A stretch of 64,000 nucleotides of DNA, from positions 6,822,001 through 6,886,000 of the forward strand of contig CM075997.1 in assembly GCA_038087875.1 (NCBI GenBank), written 5' to 3'. The stretch's first letter is position 1, and every line of letters starts with the position of its first letter. Origin of the DNA: Malacoraja senta. Lineage: Eukaryota. Below are positions 61,801-64,000 of the stretch, in pieces. The position numbers and the translations under genes were made by a program. Under the pieces are notes generated by a model, which saw nothing but the letters and a program-made list of their open reading frames with translations, did no database searches and was not told the DNA's origin.

Positions 61801-64000
61801 CGAGGAAGGAGACAGTTCCGGTCTCCAGCGTGGTCAGGGGTCGGTGGACAAGTTGAAGGAGCTCGTGTGCTCCTTTGGTAAACACCTGGAGGAACCTCCA
61901 CCCCGAATCTAGGCCCTTCTCCAGCAAGCCAGAGGGGGGTGGGTCTCGCATCGACCGCCTGTATATATCTCGGGCATACGTCTCCCGCGTCTCGGCGGCC
62001 TCCATGCTGCCGGTGCCGGGCTCGGACCACCACCTGGTGTGGGCGGAGTTTACCCCGCTGCGCACGAGGGAGGGTCCGCGTACTGGCATTTTAACAACCG
62101 GCTGCTGGAGGATCGCCGCTTCCGGGACTCGTTTGAGAGGTTCTGGAATACCTGGAAGGGGAAGCGGGGAGGATTTCATTCCCTGCGGCTATGGTGGGAC
62201 ATGGGCAAGGCCCACATCCGGAGTTTCTATCAGGAGTACACTAGAGGGTCGACCAAGAGATGCGATTCCAAGATCAGACAGCTTGGGAGCGAGCTGCTGG
62301 ATTTGGATTCGCGTCTAAGTCAGACCGTCGGCGACACGATCCTCTGGAGTGAATACCAGGAGAAGAAGGACGCGCTGAAGGAGCTACAGTCAGAGCAAAC
62401 TCGAGGCGCGTACGTGCGGTCGCGGATCGAATTGCTCCACGATTTGGACCGCGGTTCACCCTTCTTCTACTCGCTGGAGAAGAGGCGGGGTGTCCGTCAG
62501 CAGTTAGTGGAGCTGCTCGCTGACGACGACTCCTCCGTCACTGAACCAGAGGACATTAACGCAGCAGTTCGTGCCTTTTAGACCTTGTTCTCACTAGATA
62601 GTTCCGGCGGGGACGACTGCAGTGATCTGTGGGAAGGTCTAGCCATGGTCAACCTGGAGGGTGCCAAACGTCTGGATGCCCCCTGACACTGGATAAACTG
62701 ACCGCGGCCCTCCATCAGATCCGACGGGGCAAATTCCCTGACCTGGACGGGCTGACAGCAGAGTTCCTCCGCACTTTCTGGGGGATCCTGGAGTAGGACC
62801 ACACCATGGTACTGAGAGAGAGCCTGGCGACCAGAGAGATGCCCCTGTCTTGGCGAAGGGCTGTCCTGGTCCTTCTGCCCAAGAAGGGCGTTCTCCACCG
62901 TCTAAAAACTGGCGCCCAGTCTCCCTCCTCTGTACCGACTACAAGGTCTTTGCCAAGTCAATGGCAAACCGTCTGGGCCCAGTGCTGGCCCAAGTGATCC
63001 ACCCTGACCAGTCTTACACGGTCCCGGGCAGGTCCATCCAGGACAATATCCATCTGGTCCAGACCTGGTTTACCTGGCTCAGGAGACCGGTGTACCCACT
63101 GCCTTTCTCTCCCTCGACCAGGAAAAAGCTTTCGCCAGTGTGGATCACGAGTATCTGTTGAGGACTCTGCGGGCGTTTGGGTTCGGGCCGCACCTTGTGT
63201 CCCGGATCCGGCTTTTAAACGCCACCGCAGAGTGCCTCGTGAAAGTCAATGGATCCTTGACGGCCCCCATTCCCTTCCACAGAGGAGTAAGTCAGGGATG
63301 CCCCATGTCAGGCCAACTGTACGCCATCTGCGTGGAGCTATTCCTTAGTCTGCTTCGGAGGAAGTTGACGGGCATGGTTCTATGCGAGCCGGACATGGAG
63401 GTGGTCCTCTCGGTCTACGCCGATGACGTGCTCCTCATGGTCACTGACCCCGTCGACCTGCAGAGGATGCGTGAGCGCCAACGAGTCTTCTCGGCCGCCT
63501 CCTCTGCCAGGATCAACTGGGGGAAATGTTCTGGACTCTTGGCGGGTCCCTGGCAGGTCCCTGGCAGGTGGACTCCATCCCGGAGGAGATGAGGTCTTTC
63601 ACATGGAGTAACACGCACCTCCTCTACCTGGGAGTCTACCTGAGTCCCGGTGCGGAGACCTGGCTGGCGAACTGGCAGGAGCTGAAGGTGAAAGTCGTCT
63701 CCCGGCTGGGGCACTGGGCGGGTCTCCTCAGAGTGCTTTCCTACCGGAGCAAGGTGTTGGTCAGTAACCAACTCGTGGCCTCCATGCTCTGGTACAGATT
63801 GACCACATTGTTCCCATCAGCCACCTTTGCTGGGATTATCCAGAAGAAGTTGGTAGACTTCTTCTGGGCCAAAGGAACACACTGGATCTCTGCAGCAGTC
63901 CTGAGTCTCCCGAACGAGGAGGGCGGTCAGTCGCTGGTGTGCATTCGCACCAAGTTGGCGGCTCTCCGCCTCAGGACCTTGCAGAGATACCTATACTCAG
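58899..64000 (+). mobile_element. Tx1-clade LINE, copy 2 (5'UTR, ORF1 59670-61099, ORF2 from 61358, runs off window); frameshifted
   Basis: APE: FLQETH, GGDFNC, SRIDRLY, SDHHLV. YWHFNNRLL; GAYVRSR; KNWRPVSLLCTDYK; IHPDQSY; QGCPMSGQLY; YADDV. Confidence 0.93.

Overview
Eukaryotic genomic DNA. The repeat content suggests a cartilaginous fish, probably a skate or ray (inference). Most of the window is nested transposable-element debris, with one 200-N assembly gap at 41275-41474. The only host gene I can support is a two-exon, minus-strand class A GPCR of the GPR139/GPR142-like orphan group: exon 1 at 24642-24573 (absent from the ORF track), exon 2 at 23027-22129, 322 aa. It lies in a ~3.8 kb island with no recognisable repeats. 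Around it are many CR1 LINEs (one near full length), two Ty3/Gypsy LTR elements, a near full-length L1, a Tx1-clade LINE, Rex1/Babar fragments, Penelope-like elements whose short terminal repeats carry minimal hammerhead-ribozyme cores, non-autonomous Helitron-like elements and a hAT-like element. A PIF/Harbinger-like MITE has twice inserted into a sister copy in inverted orientation, building kb-scale palindromes. Two local tandem duplications (9744-16220 and 51592-61654) have resolvable junctions and copy-specific indels. TE family assignments rest on motif recognition by eye, not database searches.
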